Source: Lingula anatina (Eukaryota > Animalia > Brachiopoda). Taken from it: a stretch of DNA of 64,000 nucleotides. Below are positions 39,001 to 52,910 of this stretch, piece by piece. The DNA is taken from positions 2,232,001 to 2,296,000 of the forward strand of contig CM120647.1 of NCBI GenBank assembly GCA_051362555.1, written 5' to 3'. The stretch's first letter is position 1. The number at the start of each line of letters is the position of its first letter. The translations under genes and the position numbers were made by a program. The notes under the pieces are model-generated. The model was not told the DNA's origin, ran no database searches, and saw only the letters and a list, made by a program, of their open reading frames with translations.

Positions 39001-40439
39001 AAAGGTGCTGAAATGTCAAGCTTATTATAAAATGCTTATTACAGCATATAAAGGTTTTGCAAAGTCATAATTTTCAAGTTTATATATCTTTTAAACATCT
39101 TTCCTCATTCAGTTCTGATCTTTAAAAGAGGTTGACGGTACAATCTGATTTAACCTAAAGGTGAAGCGAAATCATGGTGAACTGTATTGAGACAATTGTC
39201 TTGGCTGCTTTGGGCCCTCTTTAACATGTTAATTTCTGGTTGTGAAATTTGATGAGTTTTTGACAAAAGTGATTGATTTATGACAGTTTTTATTATCATA
39301 TTGGGATGGGTATATCTTTGTTGTGCATCTGTACATACACCCATGGCATAAGCTTAAAGTGTGTTGTAGTCTCAGTGGACCACCAGGTAACTGTCAGACA
39401 GGATTGGTTGACCATTGTTTAATGGGGTATAAGCATGGTCTATCCCAGGAAAGGCTGTTTTGTGTCAATTTTCTTGCCAGATGAAAAGTTGTTATCCCTT
39501 TATTTACTTGTGCATATTATGGAAAGTGATTGAGATTTTGCTGGTGAACAAAGTAATATTGCATTAAAATTGAAAACTAACCTGTTTTGTACACTAGTTA
39601 TTATAGCATTATTATTATCTGCTTTATGACTGTATATTGAACAGCTTTGCTGCCTTGTTTTCACAATGTTTGTCATTCAGTAAATCAGTGTCATACTTTT
39701 TCAAACAAAAGTCAATTGTTTCTTTATTGAACTTGGTTCTTGCTTAGACCTCTGCAGTTCATACACCCTAATTTTATGCTTGTCATAAACATTACACAAC
39801 ATATAATATAAAAGGGCCATCCAACATCACTGCACCCTTTAGTCAATAGCATGCACTTCTTGTTTGGTTAGGGTTTTGTGATCATTTTTATATATAATAT
39901 TCATAAACAGCAATTCTTTCAATTTATTATTTCATTTTTTTCAATTTTTCTTCTACCAGTATTATACATGTATTTGATATGGACTGGTATCACTGTTTTA
40001 GCTTCGTAATATACAATGCCATTAAAGAACCATGCTTGTTTCATTGATTGGCATTTCTTTAGACTGAGTTTCAGTCCAATGTCTAGGTTGGTGACATCAT
40101 CTGCATTTTTTAGCCTTTTTCCCAGAGTTCTTAACTACAGTGCAGTATATGAACCTTCACCTCATTGTTTTATTAATTTTTTTATACCTTCAATAAATAT
40201 GGTCTTAATCTTGCCCTTGCTTGCTGGTATTTTATGGACTGCTGTAGTCTTATAAGATGTGCTTTACGAAGTCTGGCTGCACAAACCATCTTTCTGCTGA
40301 AAACTTCTATACAACCTATACAATATGGGTCAAAGTTATGTGGGAAGAAAATCATTTTGGTCACTTAAACTCCGTATAACACCAGATAGAACTTTGTCTC
40401 ACATTGGTTTCTCTTGTGTTAAAAAAATGAGCATTTAAG

Positions 40440-41240
40440 TAACAATGATTGCTGTTTTATAATGGGAAGACATTGGAAATTGTGATTTCAACTATTGCTA
40501 ACTTGCTGTTATACATAGGGACCAATCAGAATGAGAAGAGCCCAGTGCTAGTTAGGCCATGACCTAAATATGGCAGACCTACATATGAAAGGAAGACTGC
40601 TTAATCCTGTAATGAACTCTCCACCTCTCACATGCCTCACCACATGTCGTCAGTAATTAAATCTCTGTATAATTCAACGGTTGCAGTTGCATTATGGGAA
40701 TATATTCAGCATTGTGACATTAGCAATTGCAGTTGCATTATGGGATTAAGCATTGTGATATCATCAATAGCAATTGTATTATGGGAATACATTGAACATT
40801 GTGACATTTGCATTGTGGGAAGACATTGAACATTGTGACATCAACAATTGCTGTTGTATTATGGGAATACATTGAACATTGTGACATTTGCATTGTGGGA
40901 AGACATTGAACATTGTGACATCAACAATTGCTGTTGTATTATGGGAAGACATTGAACATTGTGACATCAACAATTGCTGTTGTATTATGGGAATACATTG
41001 AGCATTGTGACATCAACTATTGCTGTTGTATTATGGGAATACATTCAGCATTGTGACATCAACAATTGCTGTTGTATTATGGGAATACATTCAACATTGT
41101 GACATCAACAATTGCTGTTGTATTATGGGAATACATTCAACATTGTGACATCAACAATAGCAGTTGCATTATGGGAATACATTAAACATTTTAACATCAA
41201 CAACTGCTGCTGTATTTTGGTAAGAGATTGAACATTGTGA
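40440..41240 (+). repeat. Short diverged array of the 46-bp satellite
   Basis: attatgggaa(t/g)acattgaacattgtgacatcaacaattgctgttgt units with degenerate edges. Confidence 0.9.
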
Positions 41241-42099
41241 ATTACTTTTTTCACTTGCTTAAATTATTATTCAATCATATTGTTTCTTTGAATTTATTAT
41301 TTTTACTGTTTTATGTACAGACACATCATGCCTGTATATGTAGCCATCACCTACATCTGTTGTAGTTGTCCCCAACATTCAGTGTACTTTCAGTGTCAAC
41401 ATGATATTATTAAGTGGAAAACTGGTAGATCTAGGCATAATCCCATGAATTTTTTTCAAAAATTAACCTTTTTTTTTTTTTGGCATGTATGCAATACAGT
41501 CAACATATTTTGTTTTCAAACTTACTGGAGTGACCAATGTTACTTGAATACAGGTTAAATCTGAAAATCCACTTATTCAAACTATTCTTCTGGAAGTAAT
41601 GCTGATATATTTTTTTCAATATTTTTTATGCTGTATGCAACACATTTCAAGGAAAACCAATAATGTTGTCTTCAGGAGTAATCAATATTATTATTATTAT
41701 TATTATTTTTTTTTTTTTGGTATACATTATAATATATGAAGTACAGATAACACAAACTTACATCAATAGTATTAATATACAGGCCAAGTCTTAAAATCAG
41801 CTTGATGGAACCATTTTTCTTGAATTTATGTTTTTTGTTTTATTTCTCAGCATATAAAACATGGTATAAAGATAACACCTTCCATATAAAACTTACAGGA
41901 CTGATGAATGTGCATGTCTTAGATACAGGTTGAATTTCAAAACCAGCCTCATTGGAGTTTTTTAATGTTTTTAACAGTGTGTGTGTGTGTGTGTACATAT
42001 ACGTAATATGCAATTTCACGGAAAACAATTTAAAACCAGCCACATCGCATACTTTTTTGTTGTTGTTGTTATTGAAGGAGTGTGTGTGTTTGTTTCTAT

Positions 42100-42700
42100 G
42101 TGTGTGGAAAATTAAATTTTTTACATCGTAGTATTTTCAAAGTGTGACTATTGAACTTCAATGGGCCTGAAGACTTTAGCTAGTATCATTTCTAAATGCC
42201 TGTCATCTGCAGTGCATCATTTAAATTGGTGGTGATTATACTGTTAAGCATTATGTAGTATTTCATCGAAATTGAAGAAAACCCTATTTTGGGCACTGCC
42301 GCAGTAGTGGCCATTTAAGATAAACCAAATATTCTCAAACCTACAGAAAAGATCAAAACATACAACTAAAATACAGCTTGTCACCATAAATGCAATAAAA
42401 GGAAAACAGTGTGACTTATTTTTGAACTTATAAAAATGATACATAGAATTGATGTGTAGCTCAAATTAGAGAACCTGCATGATTGGATTATTTATCTTGC
42501 ATTTTTGCATTTTTTTTCTTTATTTTTTTCATTTTTGCACGTTAAATGTGTGAATCTGCACCTTCACAGACCTGAAGGTGGTCATCTATCCTTAATATCT
42601 GTGTTACCTACAGTGCATAATCAAAATTTGGTGTTGATTTTGCTGTTAAGCTTTATGTAATGTTGCATTAAAACTGACAGAATGTATCACAAATTCCTTT
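42100..42700 (-). repeat. Inverted copy of the ~300-bp repeat family found at 25330-26260
   Basis: gtattttcaaagtgtgactattgaacttcaatgggcctgaagac is the reverse complement of the gtcttcaggcccatggaacttcaaagtcaca..tgaaaat units. Confidence 0.7.
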
Positions 42701-43376
42701 ATGTTGCAGACATTATTTTCAATCTACTGTCATGTACCGGTAGCTGTACAAGGCATCTGCAGGCATTTAAACTTTTTATGCACCTATAAATCAAGGTTTT
42801 TAAATCTTTGTCTTATTTCAACCAGTTTTGTTTTATTTTGTTTGTTGCCCCAGTTATGCTTTAAATACAATGTATAGCTTTAATTACTATAATGTTGTTT
42901 GAAGACACCCCCTGTCCCAGTGTACAAACATGTATATAAATACATTTACCACCACTGGATACGTGTCGTAGCTAATATGTTGACCAATGCATCTGTAGAA
43001 TTTACATTCCATATTTTACCAGCGTAAGAGTTTATTTTATTATCTTAGCAACAGAGGTTAGGTAAAACTGTAGTCTAAATTATGCCATTAATTAAGCCAT
43101 TCAGAATGTCTGGTGGTGTTGTAAAACAGCATTTGCTACTCCCAGAAGAGCAGGTGATCTTTTAGTTTCTGGATAATGTTTTCAAAACATATTCAGATTT
43201 CATCTTTCATCGTTGGCCACTTAAGCATATTGTTGCACTTGCCACATTTTGTTAAAAATTTAATGAGCAGGGTTAAATCATTGGAGTCACTTTATGTTAT
43301 TTCTCCAATATAAGATGGTAAGGTGCTTGTGACTGAGGATTAGCTTCTCTGACTAATACACTAGTACATGCATGCG

Positions 43377-43526
43377 CATGGGCGTCCGCAGGGGGGTCAA
43401 TGGGGTCACTTGACCCCCCTCCCCCCTGGAATTTTGGCAGGCATGTAATTGCGGGTACGCAGCCAATCATTATCTCCCCTTTCAATGACTTTGACCCCCC
43501 TGGAAAATTTTCTGTGGACGCCCATG
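43377..43526. mobile_element. hAT-like MITE with an 8-bp TSD (TGCATGCG)
   Basis: TIRs catgggcgtccgcag / ctgtggacgcccatg; tgcatgcg on both sides. Confidence 0.9.
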
Positions 43527-44192
43527 TGCATGCGAAAACATTGTTTCCCATTAGGTATGAAATGGCAAGTTTACAGGCATGACATGGAAGCCATCAACAC
43601 TTAGTATGCTGCAGCTGTCATTAGTGGTTCAAAGGGCTAATGTACAGATTATATTTTTAAAGAAAGCTTGATTGTTTCTGTTTCGCTAAAGTTATGCCTC
43701 TTTTTGTATAAGTGGTTTTTCCTCAGAATTAATATATTAAGCATATCAAATAACAGCCTCATTATTGAATTAATTAGATAGGTAAAAGTGTTTTTTTTTT
43801 TTTTTGACTTTCTGTATTGTGGTACATTGTTGTACATTGTTAGTTGATTATATAAAAATAAGGGTAAACCTGTTATCGTGTATTGTGCAGTAAAGTGTCA
43901 AAAATGGAGATAAACCCATATCATTGCTTTTTGTCAGATTATGTTCAAAATATCAGAATGGAGCAAATTTGACATTTAAAAATGTTCTGTTGCTATTTTT
44001 TCCTATCTCAGCAATTTTTTTAATTGATCATATGAAGATGACATGAAATTTATTATTTGTATTATGTAAAAAGTGTAGAAAATGGAAATAAACTCATTTC
44101 AGTGTAGTTATCTCTTGTCTGTACAGTTGACAATTTTGCTGCCTTGTTTTAGCATTGTTGAAAAAGATTTTTTTTTTTTTTGGTGTTTTTAT

Positions 44193-44580
44193 ATTTATTA
44201 GTACCACCAGTGTGTACTCTGGCAGTACTCATGGTTTTAGTCCTGCCCCATATAGTATGGTTCTGCTGGCTCCGTGAGCTCCACTGGCTATGCAGGATGG
44301 CGTGGGATACAATTCTCCGTTACCGCTTTTCCTCCTAGACAGCAAGGACCTGTGTCTCTACTGGCAATATAACTGTGACCTTGAAATTGACCTTTGACTT
44401 ACTTTTCATAATGAACTGCACTTTATATTTGCAAAACTGGCAAAGATATGACCATAGTTACTATTGAACTTGAATAGGAAGTCATGTACTGGCAATTTAA
44501 CTACGTATGACTTTGAAATTGACCTTTGACTTTTGCAAATTTTCCATCCCTTGTATTTCAAAAACTGGCAGAGAAAGGCC
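44193..44580 (+). mobile_element. HINE-like fragment with two ~130-bp core repeats
   Basis: tactggcaat..aact..tgac.ttgaaattgacctttgactt repeated at ~44358 and ~44487. Confidence 0.5.
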
Positions 44581-45421
44581 TATTTCTTTTTTAAACATAT
44601 ATTCAACACTGATAATTAACACATTTTAAGGAAAACTGACAATCTTATTGTCTTGAGAATCGGCTTGATTGGACAATTTTTATAAAAGTTGTGCTTTTTT
44701 TTTTTTTTTCTTGGGGGGGGGGGGCACATTTCTTGTCTTGTTAATTGCATTTTGTAGAGTTTGTCAAACACAAAACTGGTGCTTGTGTCCCTTTGTTTTT
44801 GGTTTTCAATATGAGTGCCCTTACTACAGCTGGTGGTACAATATCAGGAGGCAGTTTTGCCTCTCTGATCCTCCAATTAACTTTGCTGTCTAGTTTTAAT
44901 TATTTTATTTCTTTGAATTTTAGTGTATGGAAAAGGATGTGGTACTGGGTATATTGTTGAAACGGGGGAAGATGGACTTAGAGAACTGATATGATACACT
45001 GTAAGATGTGCTATCCAGTAAGATTGCAGCTTCATCCAGTCACCCCATACTACAGTACTGTTATCTGATGTGCTTTACAAAGTGTGGCTGCCCAAACCAG
45101 CTCAGAGCTTTTATCCACTGTAGAATGTGTCAAGGTTATGAGGGAAGACAGGTAAGAAAATCATTTTGGTCACTTCATCACCTTATAATAAAAGATAAAA
45201 CTTTGCTACATATTGTTTCTTGTGTTACGAACCCGATCATTATGTTTGAGTGGGTTGGGAATTTGAAATGCTGTCCCGGACCTGCATGCACCGTCAGGGC
45301 TGGTTGATACGCTGAGGTTCATAGTAAACAGCCCCTGCTATCAGAACAGACTCTCAAAAGAATATTTGTTAGCAGGACTGCTCTTGAAATCGTTTTAACT
45401 ACTGTTCTTATATATTGTACC

Positions 45422-45492
<71 letters not shown>

Positions 45493-45616
45493 TCTTTTAC
45501 GCATCTTTTAAACTGAGGTAGTTTTTAATTAATAAGTAAATAATTGTATTCAGTTTGGTATATCTTGTTGTTGGAAATTTATTGAGCATTTAAACAACAG
45601 CTATTGCTTATGTATC

Positions 45617-48600
45617 ATGGGAAGACATTGAACATTGTGACATCAACAATTGCTGTTGTATTATGGGAAGACACTGAACATTGTGACATCAACAATTGCT
45701 GTTTTATTATGGGAAGACACTGAACATTGTGACATCAACAATTGCTGTTTTATTATGGGAAGACACTGAACATTGTGACATCAACAATTGCTGTTGTATT
45801 ATGGGAATTAGACATTGAACATTGTGACATCAACAATTGCTGTTGTATTATGGGAATTAGACATTGAACATTGTGACATCAACAATTGCTGTTGTATTAT
45901 GGGAAGACATTGAACATTGTGACATCAACAATTGCTGTTGTATTATGGGAATTAGACATTGAACATTGTGACATCAACAATTGCTGTTGTATTGTGGGAA
46001 GACATTGAACATTGTGACATCAACAATTGCTGTTGTATTATGGGAATTAGACATTGAACATTGTGACATCAACAATTGCTGTTGTATTATTGGAATTAGA
46101 CATTGAACATTGTGACATCAACAATTGCTGTTGTATTATGGGAATAAGACATTGAACATTGTGACATCAACAATTGCTGTTGTATTATGGGAATTAGACA
46201 TTGAACATTGTGACATCAACAATTGCTGTTGTATTATGGGAATTAGACATTGAACATTGTGACATCAACAATTGCTGTTGTATTATGGGAATTAGACATT
46301 GAACATTGTGACATCAACAATTGCTGTTGTATTGTAGGAAGACATTGAACATTGTGACATCAACAATTGCTGTTGTATTATGGGAATTAGACATTGAACA
46401 TTGTGACATCAACAATTGCTGTTGTATTGTGGGAATTAGACATTGAACATTGTGACATCAACAATTGCTGTTGTATTATGGGAATTAGACATTGAACATT
46501 GTGACATCAACAATTGCTGTTGTATTATGGGAATTAGACATTGAACATTGTGACATCAACAATTGCTGTTGTATTGTGGGAATTAGACATTGAACATTGT
46601 GACATCAACAATTGCTGTTGTATTGTGGGAAGACATTGAACATTGTGACATCAACAATTGCTGTTTTATTATGGGAAGACACTGAACATTGTGACATCAA
46701 CAATTGCTGTTGTATTATGGGAATTAGACATTGAACATTGTGACATCAACAATTGCTGTTGTATTATGGGAATTAGACATTGAACATTGTGACATCAACA
46801 ATTGCTGTTGTATTATGGGAAGACATTGAACATTGTGACATCAACAATTGCTGTTGTATTATGGGAATTAGACATTGAACATTGTGACATCAACAATTGC
46901 TGTTGTATTGTGGGAAGACATTGAACATTGTGACCTCAACAATTGCTGTTGTATTATGGGAATTAGACATTGAACATTGTGACATCAACAATTGCTGTTG
47001 TATTATTGGAATTAGACATTGAACATTGTGACATCAACAATTGCTGTTGTATTATGGGAATAAGACATTGAACATTGTGACATCAACAATTGCTGTTGTA
47101 TTATGGGAATTAGACATTGAACATTGTGACATCAACAATTGCTGTTGTATTATGGGAATTAGACATTGAACATTGTGACATCAACAATTGCTGTTGTATT
47201 GTAGGAAGACATTGAACATTGTGACATCAACAATTGCTGTTGTATTATGGGAATTAGACATTGAACATTGTGACATCAACAATTGCTGTTGTATTGTGGG
47301 AATTAGACATTGAACATTGTGACATCAACAATTGCTGTTGTATTGTGGGAATTAGACATTGAACATTGTGACATCAACAATTGCTGTTGTATTATGGGAA
47401 TTAGACATTGAACATTGTGACATCAACAATTGCTGTTGTATTGTGGGAATTAGACATTGAACATTGTGACATCAACAATTGCTGTTGTATTGTGGGAAGA
47501 CATTGAACATTGTGACATCAACAATTGCTGTTGTATTATGGGAATTAGACATTGAACATTGTGACATCAACAATTGCTGTTGTATTATGGGAATTAGACA
47601 TTGAACATTGTGACATCAACAATTGCTGTTGTATTGTGGGAATTAGACATTGAACATTGTGACATCAACAATTGCTGTTGTATTGTGGGAATTAGACATT
47701 GAACATTGTGACATCAACAATTGCTGTTGAATTGTGGGAAGACATTGAACATTGTGACATCAACAATTGCTGTTGTATTATGGGAATTAGACATTGAACA
47801 TTGTGACATCAACAATTGCTGTTGTATTGTGGGAATTAGACATTGAACATTGTGACATCAACAATTGCTGTTGTATTGTGGGAAGACATTGAACATTGTG
47901 ACATCAACAATTGCTGTTGTATTATGGGAATTAGACATTGAACATTGTGACATCAACAATTGCTGTTGTATTATGGGAATTAGACATTGAACATTGTGAC
48001 ATCAACAATTGCTGTTGTATTATGGGAATTAGACATTGAACATTGTGACATCAACAATTGCTGTTGTATTATGGGAATTAAACATTGAACATTGTGACAT
48101 CAACAATTGCTGTTGTATTGTGGGAAGACATTGAACATTGTGACATCAACAATTGCTGTTGTATTATGGGAAGACATTGAACATTGTGACATCAACAATT
48201 GCTGTTGTATTATGGGAATTAGACATTGAACATTGTGACATCAACAATTGCTGTTGTATTATGGGAATTAGACATTGAACATTGTGACATCAACAATTGC
48301 TGTTGTATTGTGGGAAGACATTGAACATTGTGACATCAACAATTGCTGTTGTATTATGGGAAGACATTGAACATTGTGACATCAACAATTGCTGTTGTAT
48401 TATGGGAATTAGACATTGAACATTGTGACATCAACAATTGCTGTTTTATTATGGGAAGACATTGAACATTGTGACATCAACAATTGCTGTTGTATTATGG
48501 GAATTAGACATTGAACATTGTGACATCAACAATTGCTGTTGTATTATGGGAATTAGACATTGAACATTGTGACATCAACAATTGCTGTTGTATTATGGGA

Positions 48601-50782
48601 AGACATTGAACATTGTGACATCAACAATTGCTGTTGTATTATGGGAATTAGACATTGAACATTGCGACATCAACAATTGCTGTTGTATTGTGGGAAGACA
48701 TTGAACATTGTGACATCAACAATTGCTGTTGTATTATGGGAAGACATTGAACATTGTGACATCAACAATTGCTGTTGTATTATGGGAATTAGACATTGAA
48801 CATTGTGACATCAACAATTGCTGTTGTATTATGGGAATTAGACATTGAACATTGTGACATCAACAATTGCTGTTGTATTATGGGAATTAGACATTGAACA
48901 TTGTGACATCAACAATTGCTGTTGTATTGTAGGAAGACATTGAACATTGTGACATCAACAATTGCTGTTGTATTATGGGAATTAGACATTGAACATTGTG
49001 ACATCAACAATTGCTGTTGTATTATGGGAATTAGACATTGAACATTGTGACATCAACAATTGCTGTTGTATTATGGGAATTAGACATTGAACATTGTGAC
49101 ATCAACAATTGCTGTTGTATTTTGGGAATTAGACATTGAACATTGTGACATCAACAATTGCTGTTGTATTATGGGAATTAGACATTGAACATTGTGACAT
49201 CAACAATTGCTGTTGTATTATGGGAATTAGACATTGAACATTGTGACATCAACAATTGCTGTTGTATTATGGGAATTAGACATTGAACATTGTGACATCA
49301 ACAATTGCTGTTGTATTATGGGAATTAGACATTGAACATTGTGACATCAACAATTGCTGTTGTATTATGGGAATTAAACATTGAACATTGTGACATCAAC
49401 AATTGCTGTTGTATTGTGGGAAGACATTGAACATTGTGACATCAACAATTGCTGTTGTATTATGGGAAGACATTGAACATTGTGACATCAACAATTGCTG
49501 TTGTATTATGGGAATTAGACATTGAACATTGTGACATCAACAATTGCTGTTGTATTATGGGAATTAGACATTGAACATTGTGACATCAACAATTGCTGTT
49601 GTATTGTGGGAAGACATTGAACATTGTGACATCAACAATTGCTGTTGTATTATGGGAATTAGACATTGAACATTGTGACATCAACAATTGCTGTTGTATT
49701 ATGGGAATTAGACATTGAACATTGTGACATCAACAATTGCTGTTGTATTATGGGAATTAGACATTGAACATTGTGACATCAACAATTGCTGTTGTATTAT
49801 GGGAATTAGACATTGAACATTGTGACATCAACAATTGCTGTTGTATTATGGGAATTAGACATTGAACATTGTGACATCAACAATTGCTGTTGTATTATGG
49901 GAAGACATTGAACATTGTGACATCAACAATTGCTGTTGTATTATGGGAATTAGACATTGAACATTGTGACATCAACAATTGCTGTTGTATTGTGGGAAGA
50001 CATTGAACATTGTGACATCAACAATTGCTGTTGTATTATGGGAAGACATTGAACATTGTGACATCAACAATTGCTGTTGTATTATGGGAATTAGACATTG
50101 AACATTGTGACATCAACAATTGCTGTTGTATTATGGGAATTAGACATTGAACATTGTGACATCAACAATTGCTGTTGTATTGTAGGAAGACATTGAACAT
50201 TGTGACATCAACAATTGCTGTTGTATTATGGGAATTAGACATTGAACATTGTGACATCAACAATTGCTGTTGTATTATGGGAATTAGACATTGAACATTG
50301 TGACATCAACAATTGCTGTTGTATTATGGGAATTAGACATTGAACATTGTGACATCAACAATTGCTGTTGTATTATGGGAATTAGACATTGAACATTGTG
50401 ACATCAACAATTGCTGTTGTATTATGGGAATTAGACATTGAACATTGTGACATCAACAATTGCTGTTGTATTATGGGAATTAGACATTGAACATTGTGAC
50501 ATCAACAATTGCTGTTGTATTATGGGAATTAGACATTGAACATTGTGACATCAACAATTGCTGTTGTATTATGGGAATTAGACATTGAACATTGTGACAT
50601 CAACAATTGCTGTTGTATTATGGGAATTAGATATTGAACATTGTGACATCAACAATTGCTGTTGTATTATGGGAAGACATTGAACATTGTGACATCAACA
50701 ATTGCTGTTGTATTATGGGAATTAGACATTGAACATTGTGACATCAACAATTGCTGTTGTATTATGGGAATTAGACATTGAA
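45617..50782 (+). repeat. Satellite, 46-bp unit (ATTATGGGAAGACATTGAACATTGTGACATCAACAATTGCTGTTGT) with a dominant 49-bp variant (+TTA), just over 100 units
   Basis: Direct inspection; ends at the TGAA target site of the inserted transposon. Confidence 0.98.
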
Positions 50783-51256
50783 GGGCAGAAAACACTAAAT
50801 GGAGCAATCACTGACTGTTATAGACAAATGTATACATATATAGTTCAGTGAGAGAAAGTTAATTGGTGCTTTTTACATATTTTTCCTGGTATTTCTTGTG
50901 TGTTCCTAGCAGGCTATGGTATAAAATACTGCCATTTTTTTTTCAGAACCAGGCATAGCTGTGGTGCAGTCATGAGACCTCTGGTGGAGGGACTACTGAC
51001 TGTGAGTGGTGCAGTGGTTTGTTTACAAACAGAGGGGTGCGCATGTTCAAGTAATGATGACACTATATTTTTGTGCCATTGGGAGTTATGTCAGTGTATC
51101 TGCTGTCCATGGGGATGTGAAATGTTTCACCCATTTATTTTGTTCATGCAATTTTGCAGGTATTTCTTAGTATGGCCATCAATGGGAAATTATATGCCAG
51201 GTTGATTCTGTCCTGAAGGGGGAAAATATTTAAGGGGTGGTCTGGCTAATTATCAA

Positions 51257-51637
51257 TTTTTTGATCAATTAAATGAAAAATTACCCAGAAACTTGCATAC
51301 CACACAGGAGAGATACTGTTGACTGTGGACTGGGGGCACCAGTTGTTCCAGTGGGGTCTGTTATGGGATCATGAGGGTTACATTTCCTGGGGCCAGATAC
51401 TCCGTTACTGTTGGAGTGCACAGGGTGACATTTATGCTAAAGGAAAGGATTCTCAAGATACCGAGAGAGACAGAAGTATCTCACCTGTGTGGAGTCACTT
51501 TGTGCTGTAACCCAGATCATCTTACAGCAGAGCCTCACGGAAGCAACAGTAACAGACTACATTGTCATAATCTGGAAAGGTGCATAGGACACGGACAGAG
51601 GCCAAACTATGTACATGATAATTATTATTTTATTTAA
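51257..51637 (+). pseudogene. His-Me finger (I-PpoI-like zinc-binding loop) endonuclease of the KolobokP element
   Basis: C*LWTG...YGIMRV...VHRVTF...EVSHLCGVTLCCNPDHLTAEPHGSNSNRLHC...CIGH; in-frame TGA upstream of the annotated Met. Confidence 0.85.
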
Positions 51638-51803
51638 ATTTATTTTATTTTTTATTATTATTATTTTTTTTTTTTACATTTGCTTTATTTCTAGATTTCT
51701 CAATTATATTTTTAAGTTTTAAGTAGAAGAAAGACCAACACACTTGTGTATATTTCACAACCAGTTTATTACAGAGAAGTATCTTGAAATCATACATTTT
51801 CTT

Positions 51804-52910
51804 TTAAGTACATGTTCTCTTTGAATAACTGTGATCAGGAAATACAAGTTTTGGCATAGATATGCATTTTCTATAGTCATTACTTTTCAATGCTTTAGAT
51901 CTGCCATACTTTATGTAGCAGTTAAGGATTCTCCTTCTAGCTCTTAACTTGAATGCAAGTGTCTTATTGTGATTCACTCTCATTTTCATCTGTTTTTCAT
52001 CTTTCTTCAGATATTTAATGACTGAGGAGTTTGCACAATACCAACAGAGGCCATCTCACTCAAACTGGATAGTTTAAGTCCATTATTGTATAAGTGGACT
52101 GCACTGTTAATCCTTCCTGCAAAGTTCTGAGAAAAGGTGACAACTTTATTATTAGTTTTCTGAAATGTCTGGGTTGAAGACTCCACTTTTTGTGTGTTGG
52201 TATTTTAATTAAAATTAAGTTTTGTTGATTCAATTGCCCTTGGGCCCAGTCTATAATTCAGGCACTGTCTCAAGATTTGCATGTCTTCAGTGTTGCTAAA
52301 GTCTAGTTTGCCTTTCTCAGGGAAAATAGTTTCTGAGTCATCTTTACATACATAAGAGTACTTTAAACAATTTTGACAATCACCACTGTAACAATACTAA
52401 TGATAGAGTCAATAACATAACTCATTGCTCTTTTAATCAAACCCATGTCTCCTTGATTTGTTCTAAAACAAGCATCAAATTCAGAATAGCAGCACATATT
52501 GCTGTACACTGAGCAAAGTGTTTTTGCATTTTGTCTCTAGTGTTTTTATTTATTTATTTTTTTTTTTTTGCTGGAAACACTTGACCAGAAGATGGTGCTT
52601 TTTCCCTTTTTTTTTTTCAGAGCTTTGGTAAAGTGTAAAGAGTCGTTTGTCCCAAAGACTTTCAACATTGTCATATGCAGAGTGGGCTTGGCTGTCCCCA
52701 GCAGTAGTTAAGGTGCCAACTGTGACCTCTCCAGAAATATCCTCAAGGATCTGCTGCATGGCGTGTTGGTTGTCCCCATTGCTATCCTCTTCTCATATAT
52801 TGGCTGTGCAGACTCCACTGTGCTCTGGACAAGAGACATCTTCCCTTCTACTTCTGAGCAGTTGAGCAGTATGACAGAGCTTGTTACCAGTATAAACACC
52901 AATAATGTCC
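51804..52910 (-). pseudogene. Kolobok DDE transposase remnant
   Basis: Fragments NKLCHTAQLLRSRREDVSCPEHSGVCTAN, TLTTAGDSQA (DGDS motif with D>A) and NTQKVES...TFSQNFAGRINSAVHLYNNG; stops and frameshifts. Confidence 0.75.

Noticed and set aside
45008-45151. LRAFIHCR resembling ARPC2 RAVIHYR, followed by a splice donor
   Set aside because: The match is too short, and the region is the repeated flank of the satellite.
45617-45700. Satellite unit shares ATTGTGAC and GAAGACAT words with the dispersed motif
   Set aside because: Order and spacing differ; short words in AT-rich DNA are insufficient evidence of common origin.
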